From positions 209,301-273,300 of the IMG/VR virus record IMGVR_UViG_3300026302_000005: a stretch of DNA of 64,000 nt. One strand, 5' to 3'. Below are positions 1 to 9,231 of the stretch, piece by piece; position 1 is the stretch's first letter, and each line of letters begins with the position of its first letter. Source of the DNA: a virus. Lineage: Duplodnaviria > Heunggongvirae > Uroviricota > Caudoviricetes. The position numbers and the translations under genes are program-made. The notes beneath the pieces are model-generated. The model ran no database searches, had not been told where the DNA came from, and saw only the letters and a program-made list of their open reading frames with translations.

Positions 1-783
1 CTCACGACCCCACGAGGTGATCGTGCTGTGCTCCCCGGCAGGGATCGAGTATCCCGGCATGATACCGGCATCCGGGTCCATCGGGGCCCCGTAGTAGAAC
101 ATCGCCCCCAGCATACCCACTGCGGTATCAGTGCCCATGAAGTTCACCAGGTGTGCAGCACCGCCCAGCATGGCCGTCTCGTAGCTGCTGGCCCCACGGG
201 AGCCGAAGTCATGCAGACGGAACGGCATCAGACCGGCAATCTTTTCGTCGTCGGCTGTTTCGTTCAACGCTTTCAGGATGATCTGCTTGATCGTCCATGA
301 CAGGGTGCAGACCGTGGTGGGATACCAGATCGCACGGAGCAAACTGGTTTCCACCCAGGTCGGAAGCCACCAGCAGTTCGGATCAGTGTTGGTGATTCGC
401 AGTAGGGCGTTGTGGATCGGCACGACCGTCCCCTCGTCCACCGCATCGATCTTGAGCGGGAGACGTCCGTCCAGCTTCTCGACGATATACATCCAACCGT
501 CGTAGTTGAACGGCTCGCCGTGGGTGGTCCAAAACATCCGGGCGAATTCGACTTCCTGCCGAGTGACACGGCGGCTGAGCTTTTTCAGGAAAGCTTGCAG
601 GCCGAAGAACGTGGTGTTCGGGAATCGCCCACCCCGGGCCTCGATGTAGCTGGACACGAATTTCGTCCCCGGGGGGTATTGCTTCCACATCGACACCTTG
701 TAGCTGTCGGTGTCCAGAACGATGCTCCATTCCGGCATGATACCGGAGAACATGTCGAAGTCTTTCAGATTGATTGCAGTCAT
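1..783 (-). CDS. nadV: Nicotinamide phosphoribosyltransferase (NAMPT); C-terminus runs off the window
   Basis: Not in the ORF track. Hand translation from ATG 783 gives MTAINLKDFDMFSGIMPEWSIVLDTDSYKVSMWKQYPPGTKFVSSYIEARGGRFPNTTFFGLQAFLKK, carrying the NAMPT motifs TDSYK, YIEARGG and FFGLQ. Confidence 0.92.
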   Translation of the reverse strand, partial: MTAINLKDFDMFSGIMPEWSIVLDTDSYKVSMWKQYPPGTKFVSSYIEARGGRFPNTTFFGLQAFLKKLSRRVTRQEVEFARMFWTTHGEPFNYDGWMYIVEKLDGRLPLKIDAVDEGTVVPIHNALLRITNTDPNCWWLPTWVETSLLRAIWYPTTVCTLSWTIKQIILKALNETADDEKIAGLMPFRLHDFGSRGASSYETAMLGGAAHLVNFMGTDTAVGMLGAMFYYGAPMDPDAGIMPGYSIPAGEHSTITSWGRE

Positions 784-829
784 GATGTGATCCTCTCACA
801 GTAGAACCAATGGGACATCCCCATCGGCG

Positions 830-1066
830 TTAGGGTTGTATTTCCTGCCAATCCTGGGATACCCAAACGATGGCAGAAAGTCTTGTGTATCCAAAGGATG
901 GGTCGTCTGAATATCTCCATTCGACGTTGGTGACCATATAGATCACGTCTTTGTAAACGAACGTATCCCACTTCCTTGGAATCGCCGGGGATTTCCCACT
1001 GACCAGAGCATCCAGGATGGTTTTAGCACCCGGTAGTCTGACCTCGTAGTTGATCCCATCGCTCAT
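830..1066 (-). CDS. Hypothetical protein, 78 aa
   Basis: ATGA overlap with upstream gene; lies in the NAD operon. Confidence 0.7.
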   Translation of the reverse strand: MSDGINYEVRLPGAKTILDALVSGKSPAIPRKWDTFVYKDVIYMVTNVEWRYSDDPSFGYTRLSAIVWVSQDWQEIQP

Positions 1067-1476
1067 GCGGCCACCAGGTCATCTTCTGATAGCATCATGC
1101 TGTCGGCCCGGAATTCGAAGTTGTCGAGTTTCCCGGCAAACCCCACCATGCGATCTGGGTCCAGATGCGGGTTGAAGATCGCCCGTCCCCGATACCGGAA
1201 GTGTTCATCCAGTTCGTGCATCTCTGCACTGACCACGGCCTTGTGGGCAGTTCTGACGATCTCGTTGCGGGTCATATGCTGGGACACCAGCATCTTGCCA
1301 CCACGCCACCCCGATACCACCCCGGTCTTGATGTCCCGAGCCGCATCGGCGGTCTCATCAACGCAGACCTGGATGAAGTAGTGACCATTGCCGTCCAGCG
1401 GCTCCACCCGGAATGACCATCCGGGTTTGTAGCTGATCGCCTCAACGACCTCACGGATTTCATCGAACGTGTGCAT
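1063..1476 (-). CDS. Hypothetical phage protein, 137 aa
   Basis: Coupled ORF with protein-like composition. Confidence 0.75.
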   Translation of the reverse strand: MHTFDEIREVVEAISYKPGWSFRVEPLDGNGHYFIQVCVDETADAARDIKTGVVSGWRGGKMLVSQHMTRNEIVRTAHKAVVSAEMHELDEHFRYRGRAIFNPHLDPDRMVGFAGKLDNFEFRADSMMLSEDDLVAA

Positions 1477-1478
1477 GA

Positions 1479-1853
1479 TCAGTCGCGCTCCACCACTGTG
1501 ACGACGGGCCCTTCCATCATCGGAGCGATCCCTTCGATGGTCATGCCATAGCGGGACTTCATGTCATTCGCCATCCGTGCGATAATCCGTTCCTGGGCCC
1601 GAGCGAAAGTCCGCAGAATCTCCACGTATTCGAAGTGGGTCAGTTCCTGCATGATTTCGGGACCCATCTCCAGGGGTGTGGAGCTTCCGTGGGAACCATG
1701 CACGGTCAGCGAAGCCGACAGAGACCGTTGGGCATTCGATCCGCCCGTATTGGCGAACGAGCTAATGCGACTGGACTTCTCAATCGCTGCTGCAACCGTG
1801 GTCGAATCTTTGACCAACTGCTGCATATCGCCGATGGTGATTTTGCCGTTCAT
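1479..1853 (-). CDS. Hypothetical protein, 124 aa (start MNGKIT)
   Basis: GGAGG SD inside the end of the upstream gene; ATG at 1853. Confidence 0.7.
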   Translation of the reverse strand: MNGKITIGDMQQLVKDSTTVAAAIEKSSRISSFANTGGSNAQRSLSASLTVHGSHGSSTPLEMGPEIMQELTHFEYVEILRTFARAQERIIARMANDMKSRYGMTIEGIAPMMEGPVVTVVERD

Positions 1854-1854
1854 G

Positions 1855-2994
1855 TCACTTTCCTCCCGTATGAGCCAGCATCTGCTGGATGATGAAGTAG
1901 TGGTCTGCGAAGAACATCTCAGGCTTGAGACTGCCGATAGGATACCACGCGGCTTTGGAAACTTCAACCCCATCTGGTTGAACATCCCACAATTCTCCAC
2001 CCGGGAAGACAAAGCGGAATGCCGTGGTCAGGTAATAGCCACGCGGATCACGACCGGGCTTGTCGAACCGACGTTCATAGCCGGTGTAACACCCACGCAG
2101 CCGTCCCATCGGAATGGCCTTGCCGCCATTCTTCTCGCCCCACTTGTCCATGGGCGCTGCTTCTTCCATCAGTTCGTGAAGAGCGTTTTCGAAGCTGTCA
2201 CCCTTCCGGGTCTCGACATGCCCACCCGGTAATGCCAGCAGGCCGACACCCGGAACCTGATCGCGGGTCACCAGCAGAATGTGACCGGCCTGGGTGCAGA
2301 CGGCATCGACCGTCACGGTCTGGAGCGGATACGGCAGTTTCGGCCACTTGGCGTGGTGCTTGGCCAGCCCCTCGACCTCGTTCAGAACATACCGGAATTC
2401 ATCCGTCAGCATGAACCGCTTCATGTAGTCGATCACCGGCTCCGGGCACAGGTCGTGCGGCAGGATCGGGGCCTTCTGGAAGTAGTTGTGGCGAACCTGG
2501 GTTGCACTCAGCGTTCCCCACTGTTCCTTGAGCAGGAATTTCTCCCACTGCGGGAACAGGTTCAGGTAGTAGCTGGTCGGGTCTTTCTCAAACCCGATGA
2601 CGCCGATCCGCATGTCCTGCACCCCATCAAGATGCACGGCGGAATGATTGTTGCCGTAGTCGTTGATGGTCTGGGTCAACGTTCGCTGCACATTGGCGAG
2701 CCATGCCGGGTCGTTGTATTCAACGTCATCCAGCGGCATCACGATCAATCGCTCGGGGGAAAGCTCCGGGTAAGCCGAGCGAATCATGGCAGCACGTTCT
2801 TGGAACGTCCATGGATTGCTGTCCGTGCGGGGGCGATTGGCCGAGCCCACCATGACGATCACACGCTTGGAGTTGTTCAAAGCGGTATCGACCACAAACT
2901 TGTGGCCCAGGTGGAACGGCTGAAACCGTCCGATGTAGATGAGAAAATCAAAGGGGTCAGAACCCCCCGAATGTGGGTGATCAACTGCCATCAT
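1855..2994 (-). CDS. nadM: Bifunctional NMN adenylyltransferase / Nudix ADP-ribose pyrophosphatase (NadM-Nudix, NatV-like)
   Basis: GRFQPFHLGH (HxGH), GSAN..NPWT, LSATQVR; C-terminal LALPGGHVE...ELMEE Nudix box; GGAGG SD. Confidence 0.93.
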   Translation of the reverse strand: MMAVDHPHSGGSDPFDFLIYIGRFQPFHLGHKFVVDTALNNSKRVIVMVGSANRPRTDSNPWTFQERAAMIRSAYPELSPERLIVMPLDDVEYNDPAWLANVQRTLTQTINDYGNNHSAVHLDGVQDMRIGVIGFEKDPTSYYLNLFPQWEKFLLKEQWGTLSATQVRHNYFQKAPILPHDLCPEPVIDYMKRFMLTDEFRYVLNEVEGLAKHHAKWPKLPYPLQTVTVDAVCTQAGHILLVTRDQVPGVGLLALPGGHVETRKGDSFENALHELMEEAAPMDKWGEKNGGKAIPMGRLRGCYTGYERRFDKPGRDPRGYYLTTAFRFVFPGGELWDVQPDGVEVSKAAWYPIGSLKPEMFFADHYFIIQQMLAHTGGK

Positions 2995-3044
2995 CAGTCC
3001 TCCTGATGGTATATCCAGCACCGACCTCCGGTGCCTTCACATCT

Positions 3045-3073
3045 TACTTATGCGAATCAGGTTGGATTGTCAA
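3045..3073 (-). promoter_or_regulatory. Sigma70-type early promoter of the NAD operon
   Basis: TTGACA-N17-TAAGTA. Confidence 0.7.
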
Positions 3074-3092
3074 CCCCGACTGGATTCAATCA

Positions 3093-3121
3093 TTGAACTT
3101 CCCCAGGTGTGTCCCTAAATA
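3093..3121 (+). promoter_or_regulatory. Promoter with TAAATA -10 element
   Basis: TTGAAC-N17-TAAATA, ahead of a CAGGAG SD and ATG 3138. Confidence 0.55.
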
Positions 3122-3137
3122 TGCCTGTAGCAGGAGT

Positions 3138-3608
3138 ATGTTGATGACCAATCCTTTCCACCAACTCGTTGAAATCATGCTTGGCGATGATGATGATGAT
3201 GACGCCGTAGCAGAGTTCATCCTCCAGGAATCTGAGAAGGATGACGTCATGTTGGCGTTGGATGGTAACTCCACCTTGATCAACTATATGATGTTGTTTG
3301 AAGAATTCCTTGAGCAGCATGACATCTACTTGTTCAAGGGGTGGGAGAAGGCTGTGTTTGTGTCACAGCCGGTTGTGGAGAAGTTCTGGGTTGTTTTTCA
3401 TCTGATGACCCCACCGAATACCGACCTTCGTGGTGCCAAGCGTGTCAACGACGCAATGAAGCAGGGTGAAGTGGTGTTCCAGGAACAGTCCGATGGCAGG
3501 GCGCTTTTCCGGTTTACCGTGTTGAAGCGGGCATTGGATCAGATCGAGAAAGATACCCAAGATCGGATTGAAAAGCTGTCAACAGATGCGTTGGAGGATG
3601 TCCAATGA
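3138..3608 (+). CDS. Conserved jumbo-phage hypothetical protein
   Basis: SD CAGGAG; FEEFLEQHDIYLFKGW..PVVEKFWV resembles a family I recall near glutaredoxin in T4-like jumbo phages. Confidence 0.7.
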   Translation: MLMTNPFHQLVEIMLGDDDDDDAVAEFILQESEKDDVMLALDGNSTLINYMMLFEEFLEQHDIYLFKGWEKAVFVSQPVVEKFWVVFHLMTPPNTDLRGAKRVNDAMKQGEVVFQEQSDGRALFRFTVLKRALDQIEKDTQDRIEKLSTDALEDVQ

Positions 3609-4267
3609 AGTGGATGGTTCGTCATCGTGCCACGGGCGAGACACTAAAGCCGATCTTTGAGGATCGTGATGCCGCAGCAGTGCATCTGATTCGGATGGGA
3701 CCCGCGTTTGCTCCTCTATATGAGACAATTCCGGACACGAGCGATCCGTGGACATTCCACATCCTCACCGAGGGTTTGGTTTCTGGAGATTTGCGTCGAA
3801 TCGTTCTACCACAAATCAGCATCGACGAGTATGTTCCGGGTGATCCCAACACGGACAATATCGTGATCGCATTCTTCATTCGTGGGGTGCCAGAGGCGGT
3901 TATTCCGTTCCGGGATTTCATCATCAAATGCAAAGGTATCCTGGATGTTGCCTATGGCGACTCTGATACGATCCCCGACACATCCATTGTCTATGCCGAG
4001 ATGAGCCGAGAAAAGTTCCGGTTCGAAGACCTCGAAACCATGATGGAACAGATCGGTATGCTTTGTCAGTTGGAACCCGAAGATTTCACTGTTGTGTTCC
4101 CGACCAGTAGCAAACGCCATCCATATGATCGAGTCGCTATCGAGACCTACTTCACATCCCGTTCTGCACAGAAAAACTGGGAAGAGCAACAACGTGCTTT
4201 GAAGCAGGCAAAGAATCAGGATGATCCTGATCAACAAAAAGATGAAACAGGGGAGCCACAAGAATGA
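3605..4267 (+). CDS. Hypothetical protein, 220 aa
   Basis: ATGA-coupled ORF. Confidence 0.75.
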   Translation: MKWMVRHRATGETLKPIFEDRDAAAVHLIRMGPAFAPLYETIPDTSDPWTFHILTEGLVSGDLRRIVLPQISIDEYVPGDPNTDNIVIAFFIRGVPEAVIPFRDFIIKCKGILDVAYGDSDTIPDTSIVYAEMSREKFRFEDLETMMEQIGMLCQLEPEDFTVVFPTSSKRHPYDRVAIETYFTSRSAQKNWEEQQRALKQAKNQDDPDQQKDETGEPQE

Positions 4268-4497
4268 CCGCCTATACCATTTATGGAAAAGAGAACTGCA
4301 CGTATTGTGATCAAGCTAAGGCCCTGCTGGAGTCCCGCGAACTGGCATATCAATACTTCGACATCATGACTGATCTGGACAAGCGAAATGAGATGTTCTC
4401 ACGAGTGCGTCATCAAATCACCACGGTCCCCCAGATCATGCACGGAGACGCCTATGTAGGCGGATATACGGAACTGGCTGCATCACTGGCTGACTGA
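4264..4497 (+). CDS. grx: Glutaredoxin
   Basis: CTYC active site, TVPQI and GGY motifs. Confidence 0.92.
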   Translation: MTAYTIYGKENCTYCDQAKALLESRELAYQYFDIMTDLDKRNEMFSRVRHQITTVPQIMHGDAYVGGYTELAASLAD

Positions 4498-4510
4498 TCA
4501 TCCCTGCCCA

Positions 4511-4516
4511 TAAATA
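4511..4516 (+). promoter_or_regulatory. T4-like late promoter motif TAAATA
   Basis: 25 nt upstream of a structural gene; no -35 at 17 nt. Confidence 0.6.
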
Positions 4517-4541
4517 CTACCGAATGCTCTGAGGTAGTGTA

Positions 4542-6770
4542 ATGGCCATCAATAACCCCGTTGATTTTGTTGAAAGTCGTCTGACCGCAGCCGATGCTGT
4601 AAAGGTGACCACCACCAGCGTCAAATTCGGACCTCTGACGGTATTTCGTGGGCCATTGGTCCCCCCGGATACATTCGGTCGCAACGGTGATATTTTCATT
4701 CATGATGATACGGCTGGGCCTGGAGAGGGAATCCAGATCAACCGTATCCCGGATACGGCATCTCTGTATCAGAAGCGTCCAGTTCAGGTCCCGGTTGGTC
4801 CCGTGGTGTATCGCACCGGTGGCGGTGGCCTTGTCGTAAACCCCGGAGATGGCATCACCATCAATGGTATCCCCATCGTATTCACCGGTGGCAATCTGGC
4901 TTCTGTCGCTGCTGACATTGGGGCCCAGATGAGTGGCACAGTCGGTGCCACAGTGGTTCCCACATCGCTTTCCGGTATCCCATTCGGATCGGCCATCCCT
5001 GGTGACATCTTGGGGATCGATCTGATATCGGCATTCTATATTGTTGTATTCTCTGGCATCCAATCCCAAGCGCAATCTTTGGTGGATATGCAGTTTGGTG
5101 TTGGCCCCGAGATCATTCTGAACGTGGTCAATGATGCAATCGTCATGACCTGTATGGGTGGTGAACCCATAGCCGTATTGGACTTTTTTGGCACCTCCAC
5201 AACCGACATCGGTTTTGCTCTGAACCTGGTTCAGGGTGGTGCTTTGATTCTGACCGAACACTCCGGTGCCGTGGGCTTCACATTCACCTCGCCGGTTGGT
5301 GCTGGTGGACTCCAATTCTTGTCAATGGTTACAAACCAACCGCCGTCCGCATTGACCACTGGCGGTGAATGGCTAGAGCTTGGTGGGGGTGGTGGTAGCG
5401 CAAACGGCGGGCCGGTAAGAATTGCCTCTGGTAATGGTGGATCGACTGGAAACCAGGGTGGGGACATTATCCTGCAAACTGGGGATGGTTTGTCTGCCGC
5501 AGGAAGATTGCTTCTTTTGGGGGGAACATCGACGTCAGGCTCCGGAGGGGATATCCGTCTCTCCGCAGGAACGGGGGGCGCACCTGCCGGGAACGTAGAG
5601 ATTACTGCCGGAGCCTCAACGCTTGTATCTGGTGGAAATATCACGGTGATGGCAGGGACCGGCTTCACCGATGGTGGTGCCGTCTTGATCTCCAGCGGGG
5701 GTGGAAACACTGGGTCTGGTGATGTCATCGTCACATCACTGACTGCTTTGGCACCTACTGGTGAAGTGTCAGTGGTGACTGGCGATTCTATTGGTGATGA
5801 ATCCGGAAGACTAAACCTGAGAACCGGTAATGGTGTTACTATTGCGGGAGATATAACCATCGCCGGTGGTTCTGCATCCACTCAGGGCGGATCGATAAAT
5901 CTGCGGGGTGGTGACTCTCAAGATAATGGTGGAAACATAGAATTCACCACCGGTGATGCAGCAGCGGCCACTGGTGTCAGTGGTGCGATTTTGGGACGAA
6001 CCGGTAATGCCGGTGATGTCTCCGGGACCATTGTGTTTGTTGTCGGAGACTCCACCACCGCATCAGCCGGAAACATCGAATTGATCGGTGGGGATGGACC
6101 CAACGAAGGTTCAAACATTCGGATCGTTGCCGGTGGATCGATCAACCAGCCCGGTCGGATTGAAATCCATGCCCGTAACGAACTGACCCTGACATCCAGT
6201 TGGGGATACACCAACGGTAGCAACATCAACTTGAACCCGGGTCCAGGTCCAATTCCCTCCCTGAATGGTCGGGTGAAGATCAATGCTCCTGGTTCTGCCC
6301 CAACTCGGCTGGACCTGGTATCGGATACGTTGTTCTCACATGGGTTTGAAGCTCCGGTCGGTATGACCCAGGATGTGGTGATGATCATGCCACCCACTCC
6401 CGGGGCACCCGGTCAGATGCTGACCACTACGACCAATCTCGGTAATACTGAGTGGCAGTATCCCACCTATGCAGTCGTGTCCCAGGTCGTGAATACTGCA
6501 CTACCGGTCATCACGGTGATCCTTCCGTTTCGAACCCTGTTGATGCTGACCGGTGCAGTAGCAGGACCCATCGCGGTTGCCGCCCCATCGATTCAACCTG
6601 GCGTGATCGTCGGTCAGGAGTTGGTATTGGTGAACGAACACAACGACACCATTGATCTGCTTGGTGGGGGCACCGTGAGACGGATGTCTGGTCCACTGGC
6701 CGCAAATGGTGGATCGATTACCATGGTGTGGACCGGTTCGAGGTGGATTGAGATCGCCAACAACGCTTGA
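4542..6770 (+). CDS. Gly-rich virion fibre/spike-like protein, 742 aa
   Basis: Many GG-x-I-x-(I/L)-x-x-G-x-(G/S) repeats; late motif upstream. Confidence 0.65.
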   Translation: MAINNPVDFVESRLTAADAVKVTTTSVKFGPLTVFRGPLVPPDTFGRNGDIFIHDDTAGPGEGIQINRIPDTASLYQKRPVQVPVGPVVYRTGGGGLVVNPGDGITINGIPIVFTGGNLASVAADIGAQMSGTVGATVVPTSLSGIPFGSAIPGDILGIDLISAFYIVVFSGIQSQAQSLVDMQFGVGPEIILNVVNDAIVMTCMGGEPIAVLDFFGTSTTDIGFALNLVQGGALILTEHSGAVGFTFTSPVGAGGLQFLSMVTNQPPSALTTGGEWLELGGGGGSANGGPVRIASGNGGSTGNQGGDIILQTGDGLSAAGRLLLLGGTSTSGSGGDIRLSAGTGGAPAGNVEITAGASTLVSGGNITVMAGTGFTDGGAVLISSGGGNTGSGDVIVTSLTALAPTGEVSVVTGDSIGDESGRLNLRTGNGVTIAGDITIAGGSASTQGGSINLRGGDSQDNGGNIEFTTGDAAAATGVSGAILGRTGNAGDVSGTIVFVVGDSTTASAGNIELIGGDGPNEGSNIRIVAGGSINQPGRIEIHARNELTLTSSWGYTNGSNINLNPGPGPIPSLNGRVKINAPGSAPTRLDLVSDTLFSHGFEAPVGMTQDVVMIMPPTPGAPGQMLTTTTNLGNTEWQYPTYAVVSQVVNTALPVITVILPFRTLLMLTGAVAGPIAVAAPSIQPGVIVGQELVLVNEHNDTIDLLGGGTVRRMSGPLAANGGSITMVWTGSRWIEIANNA

Positions 6771-6844
6771 TTAAATTAGCCATCAAGTTTGAAACCATAG
6801 TAAAATTTAACCAATAGGGGTGGCATACATTCGTCTGCCACCCC

Positions 6845-6850
6845 TAAATA
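6845..6850 (+). promoter_or_regulatory. Late promoter motif TAAATA of the lysis block
   Basis: 25 nt upstream of ATG 6876. Confidence 0.55.
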
Positions 6851-6875
6851 TACCTGACATCCAGGGGTAGTAGGT

Positions 6876-7547
6876 ATGCTTAAAACCGCCATAGAGTTCT
6901 TTACAAAGTATGCCAAGTCCGTTTCCCCGGGGCGTATGCTGTTTCATGTCATCCTGGCATCGATCTTCATCTCTTGGGCCAGTGTTGCAGTCCTGGTGAC
7001 AACGAACTTTCCATTGATCGTCCAGATGTGGGATCGCTATCACAGCGATAACACGGTCCATGTTGAGGATGCATTGATCGTCACCAACCAGGTCAACGCC
7101 CTATTGGATGAACAACAGGTTCGGCTGGGGGTAGATCGCATCTATGTGAGCAAGTTTCACAACGGCAAAGTTGACCTATCCGGGGTTCACTTCATCTACT
7201 TCTCGCGGGTAGCCGAATCCACCGCCCCCGGCGTTAGCAACGAGATCGGCAATACCCAATCACTGCCATTGAGCATCTTCCCGGCCATGCTTACCGACCT
7301 GGCCAACGGCGAATGTCATTACGTGAATTCGGTGGATGACAGCACTGAGAGCTTTCAGTTCTTGCAGAACATGGGTGTCAACAGCATGCTGGTATGTCCT
7401 GTGTGGTCGGTGGATCGACGACTGGTGGGAATTCTGGGGGTCGAGGGCGTCCGGGTTCCTCTAAATACTCTTGATATAGAAGACGTCCAGGCCACAATGG
7501 AAACACTGGCGGGCGTCGTCGGTAGCCTGTTCACAACAAGACAGTGA
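6876..7547 (+). CDS. Holin-like protein: one TMD plus GAF-like C-terminal domain (T4 T-like architecture)
   Basis: TMD around residues 23-48; GAF-like FLQNMGVNSMLVCPVWSVDRRLVGILGV; directly upstream of spanins. Confidence 0.55.
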   Translation: MLKTAIEFFTKYAKSVSPGRMLFHVILASIFISWASVAVLVTTNFPLIVQMWDRYHSDNTVHVEDALIVTNQVNALLDEQQVRLGVDRIYVSKFHNGKVDLSGVHFIYFSRVAESTAPGVSNEIGNTQSLPLSIFPAMLTDLANGECHYVNSVDDSTESFQFLQNMGVNSMLVCPVWSVDRRLVGILGVEGVRVPLNTLDIEDVQATMETLAGVVGSLFTTRQ

Positions 7548-7969
7548 CGGAGACAAAAATGCTTGCTGTAGCTAAACTTGCAATGTCCGCTCTGGGGTTT
7601 CTAAAGGGACCAGTCGGCAAGTTTGTGTCCATCGTTCTGATCGCGATCACCCTGTGGGGTGGTTTCCAATGGTGGTTGGCTCGTCATGATGCTGGCATTC
7701 GTGATGCTGCTCTGACTGAATTCAATATCGCACAGGAAGAGATCGCTGAGAAAATGCGACTGGAATTTGAACAGCGTATGCGGGAGACGCTGGATGCCCA
7801 GGTTGAACTGATCGATGAGATCACCCGCGAACGTGAAGAACTACAACGGAAAGCAGACACCCTGATCCGAGTCATTCGATCCGGCAATCTCCAGGGTGGG
7901 GAAGCATCTGAGGTCCTTCGGGGAACCATACAGATGCTTCAAGAACGGGCCCACGGGGGTGCAGAATGA
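7544..7969 (+). CDS. Inner-membrane spanin (Rz-like)
   Basis: N-terminal TMD followed by coiled coil; adjacent to a lipoprotein gene. Confidence 0.7.
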   Translation: MTETKMLAVAKLAMSALGFLKGPVGKFVSIVLIAITLWGGFQWWLARHDAGIRDAALTEFNIAQEEIAEKMRLEFEQRMRETLDAQVELIDEITREREELQRKADTLIRVIRSGNLQGGEASEVLRGTIQMLQERAHGGAE

Positions 7970-8247
7970 AATACTTGATGATGATCCTGGCAATGGCTGT
8001 GTTGGCTTCGTGTGGCGACAAAGAAAAGCCGCAGTTGATCGTGGAGCGACCGGTGGTGTTCGTTCCCAACGAAGCACTATTCCATTGTCCGACAGTTTCT
8101 GAGTTTCCCGATCCTACCACTCTTACAGACGAAGACGTGGCCGAACTATTGGTTCGACTAGACACATACAATCGCACATGTGCCAACTCATTGAGTGCGG
8201 TTCGTCGTCAACTCTTGGACGCAAAAGCTAGACTGGAACAGCAATGA
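7966..8247 (+). CDS. Outer-membrane spanin lipoprotein (Rz1-like)
   Basis: Signal peptide with LAS-C lipobox; Pro-rich mature part. Confidence 0.75.
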   Translation: MKYLMMILAMAVLASCGDKEKPQLIVERPVVFVPNEALFHCPTVSEFPDPTTLTDEDVAELLVRLDTYNRTCANSLSAVRRQLLDAKARLEQQ

Positions 8248-8759
8248 TCAATATTTTGGCCAAACTCACGGGGTATTCCGGACCCGATGCCATCAGTCGG
8301 CTACGTCGGCTGGCTGCACTGGCGGCTGCGGCGATGCTATTGCTGATCATCAGCACGTTTGTCGGTAGCGGGCTCCTTTATATGGAACTCATCTCCACCT
8401 ATACGGAAAACTACAACGTCCTGGCTGGTGCCGGTCTATCCGATCTGGTGGCATCCCCAACAGTCGTGAGCGACCGTATCCTGCTGTGGATCAGTCTCAT
8501 GCCGTTGTTGAACGCCGGTCTGGTGTTACCGACGTTCCTACTGGCGATCAAAGAGATCGTTGTCCTAAGCCGATCACACCAGCTTATAGACAAAGACGTT
8601 GCTGGGGAAGTTGATGTAGCCAAGGGGTGTGCTGATCAAGTGGCTCCGCAGCCCAGTGCTGTGGTCGATCAATCGATCCTGCTGACGAACCACTGCCAGG
8701 TATTCGTAGAACACACTGAGGCTGGCTCCGAACTGGTTCTCGTCCGTGTCCCCGCCTAG
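8244..8759 (+). CDS. Membrane protein with two TMDs; 3' end overlaps a convergent gene
   Basis: ATGA coupling; two hydrophobic segments. Confidence 0.55.
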   Translation: MINILAKLTGYSGPDAISRLRRLAALAAAAMLLLIISTFVGSGLLYMELISTYTENYNVLAGAGLSDLVASPTVVSDRILLWISLMPLLNAGLVLPTFLLAIKEIVVLSRSHQLIDKDVAGEVDVAKGCADQVAPQPSAVVDQSILLTNHCQVFVEHTEAGSELVLVRVPA

Positions 8760-9206
8760 ACCCTGGTTGACGAACGAAGTCTGAGACTTCGCCACCGGGT
8801 TCTGGTTCGCAAAGAAATCGTCGATGGCAACAATCGTAGGGGCTGTAATAGCTCCAGGAGTGAGCGTGGTGCGGATCGAGTATACGCAGACCAGTGCTTC
8901 CACCCCTGTCTCTTCCCAGGAGAGCCGCCACAGGCCCGTGTCGTTGTCTCGGGTCACCAGATAGCCCGCATTGACAAAGGCGTCCCTGTAGGCGATTTGG
9001 ACCGGTGTGAGGGTGCTACTGGTCATGGGATCACCCGTTGGGTTACCAATGATCCGTGCATCATACAGGGTGTTGAACCGCAGTCGCCCAGCCGCATTAC
9101 GGATGGTTCGTTCAGACAGATCAACTTCACGCTGTAGGTCCAGGTTTTCCTGGGTCGTGATGTTGTTGTTGGTGATCAGAAAGATCGTGGGTGCTGGCAA
9201 TACCAT
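8574..9206 (-). CDS. Late (probably virion) hypothetical protein, 210 aa
   Basis: AGGAG SD; TAAATA at 9224-9229 on the minus strand. Confidence 0.7.
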   Translation of the reverse strand: MVLPAPTIFLITNNNITTQENLDLQREVDLSERTIRNAAGRLRFNTLYDARIIGNPTGDPMTSSTLTPVQIAYRDAFVNAGYLVTRDNDTGLWRLSWEETGVEALVCVYSIRTTLTPGAITAPTIVAIDDFFANQNPVAKSQTSFVNQGLGGDTDENQFGASLSVFYEYLAVVRQQDRLIDHSTGLRSHLISTPLGYINFPSNVFVYKLV

Positions 9207-9231
9207 GGGCGTTCTCCTGCCCGTATTTAGG

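Noticed and set aside
383-799. ORF starting MRGSHH (looks like a His-tag vector leader)
   Set aside because: Coincidental alternative frame on the same strand as NAMPT; no His6 and no vector sequence.
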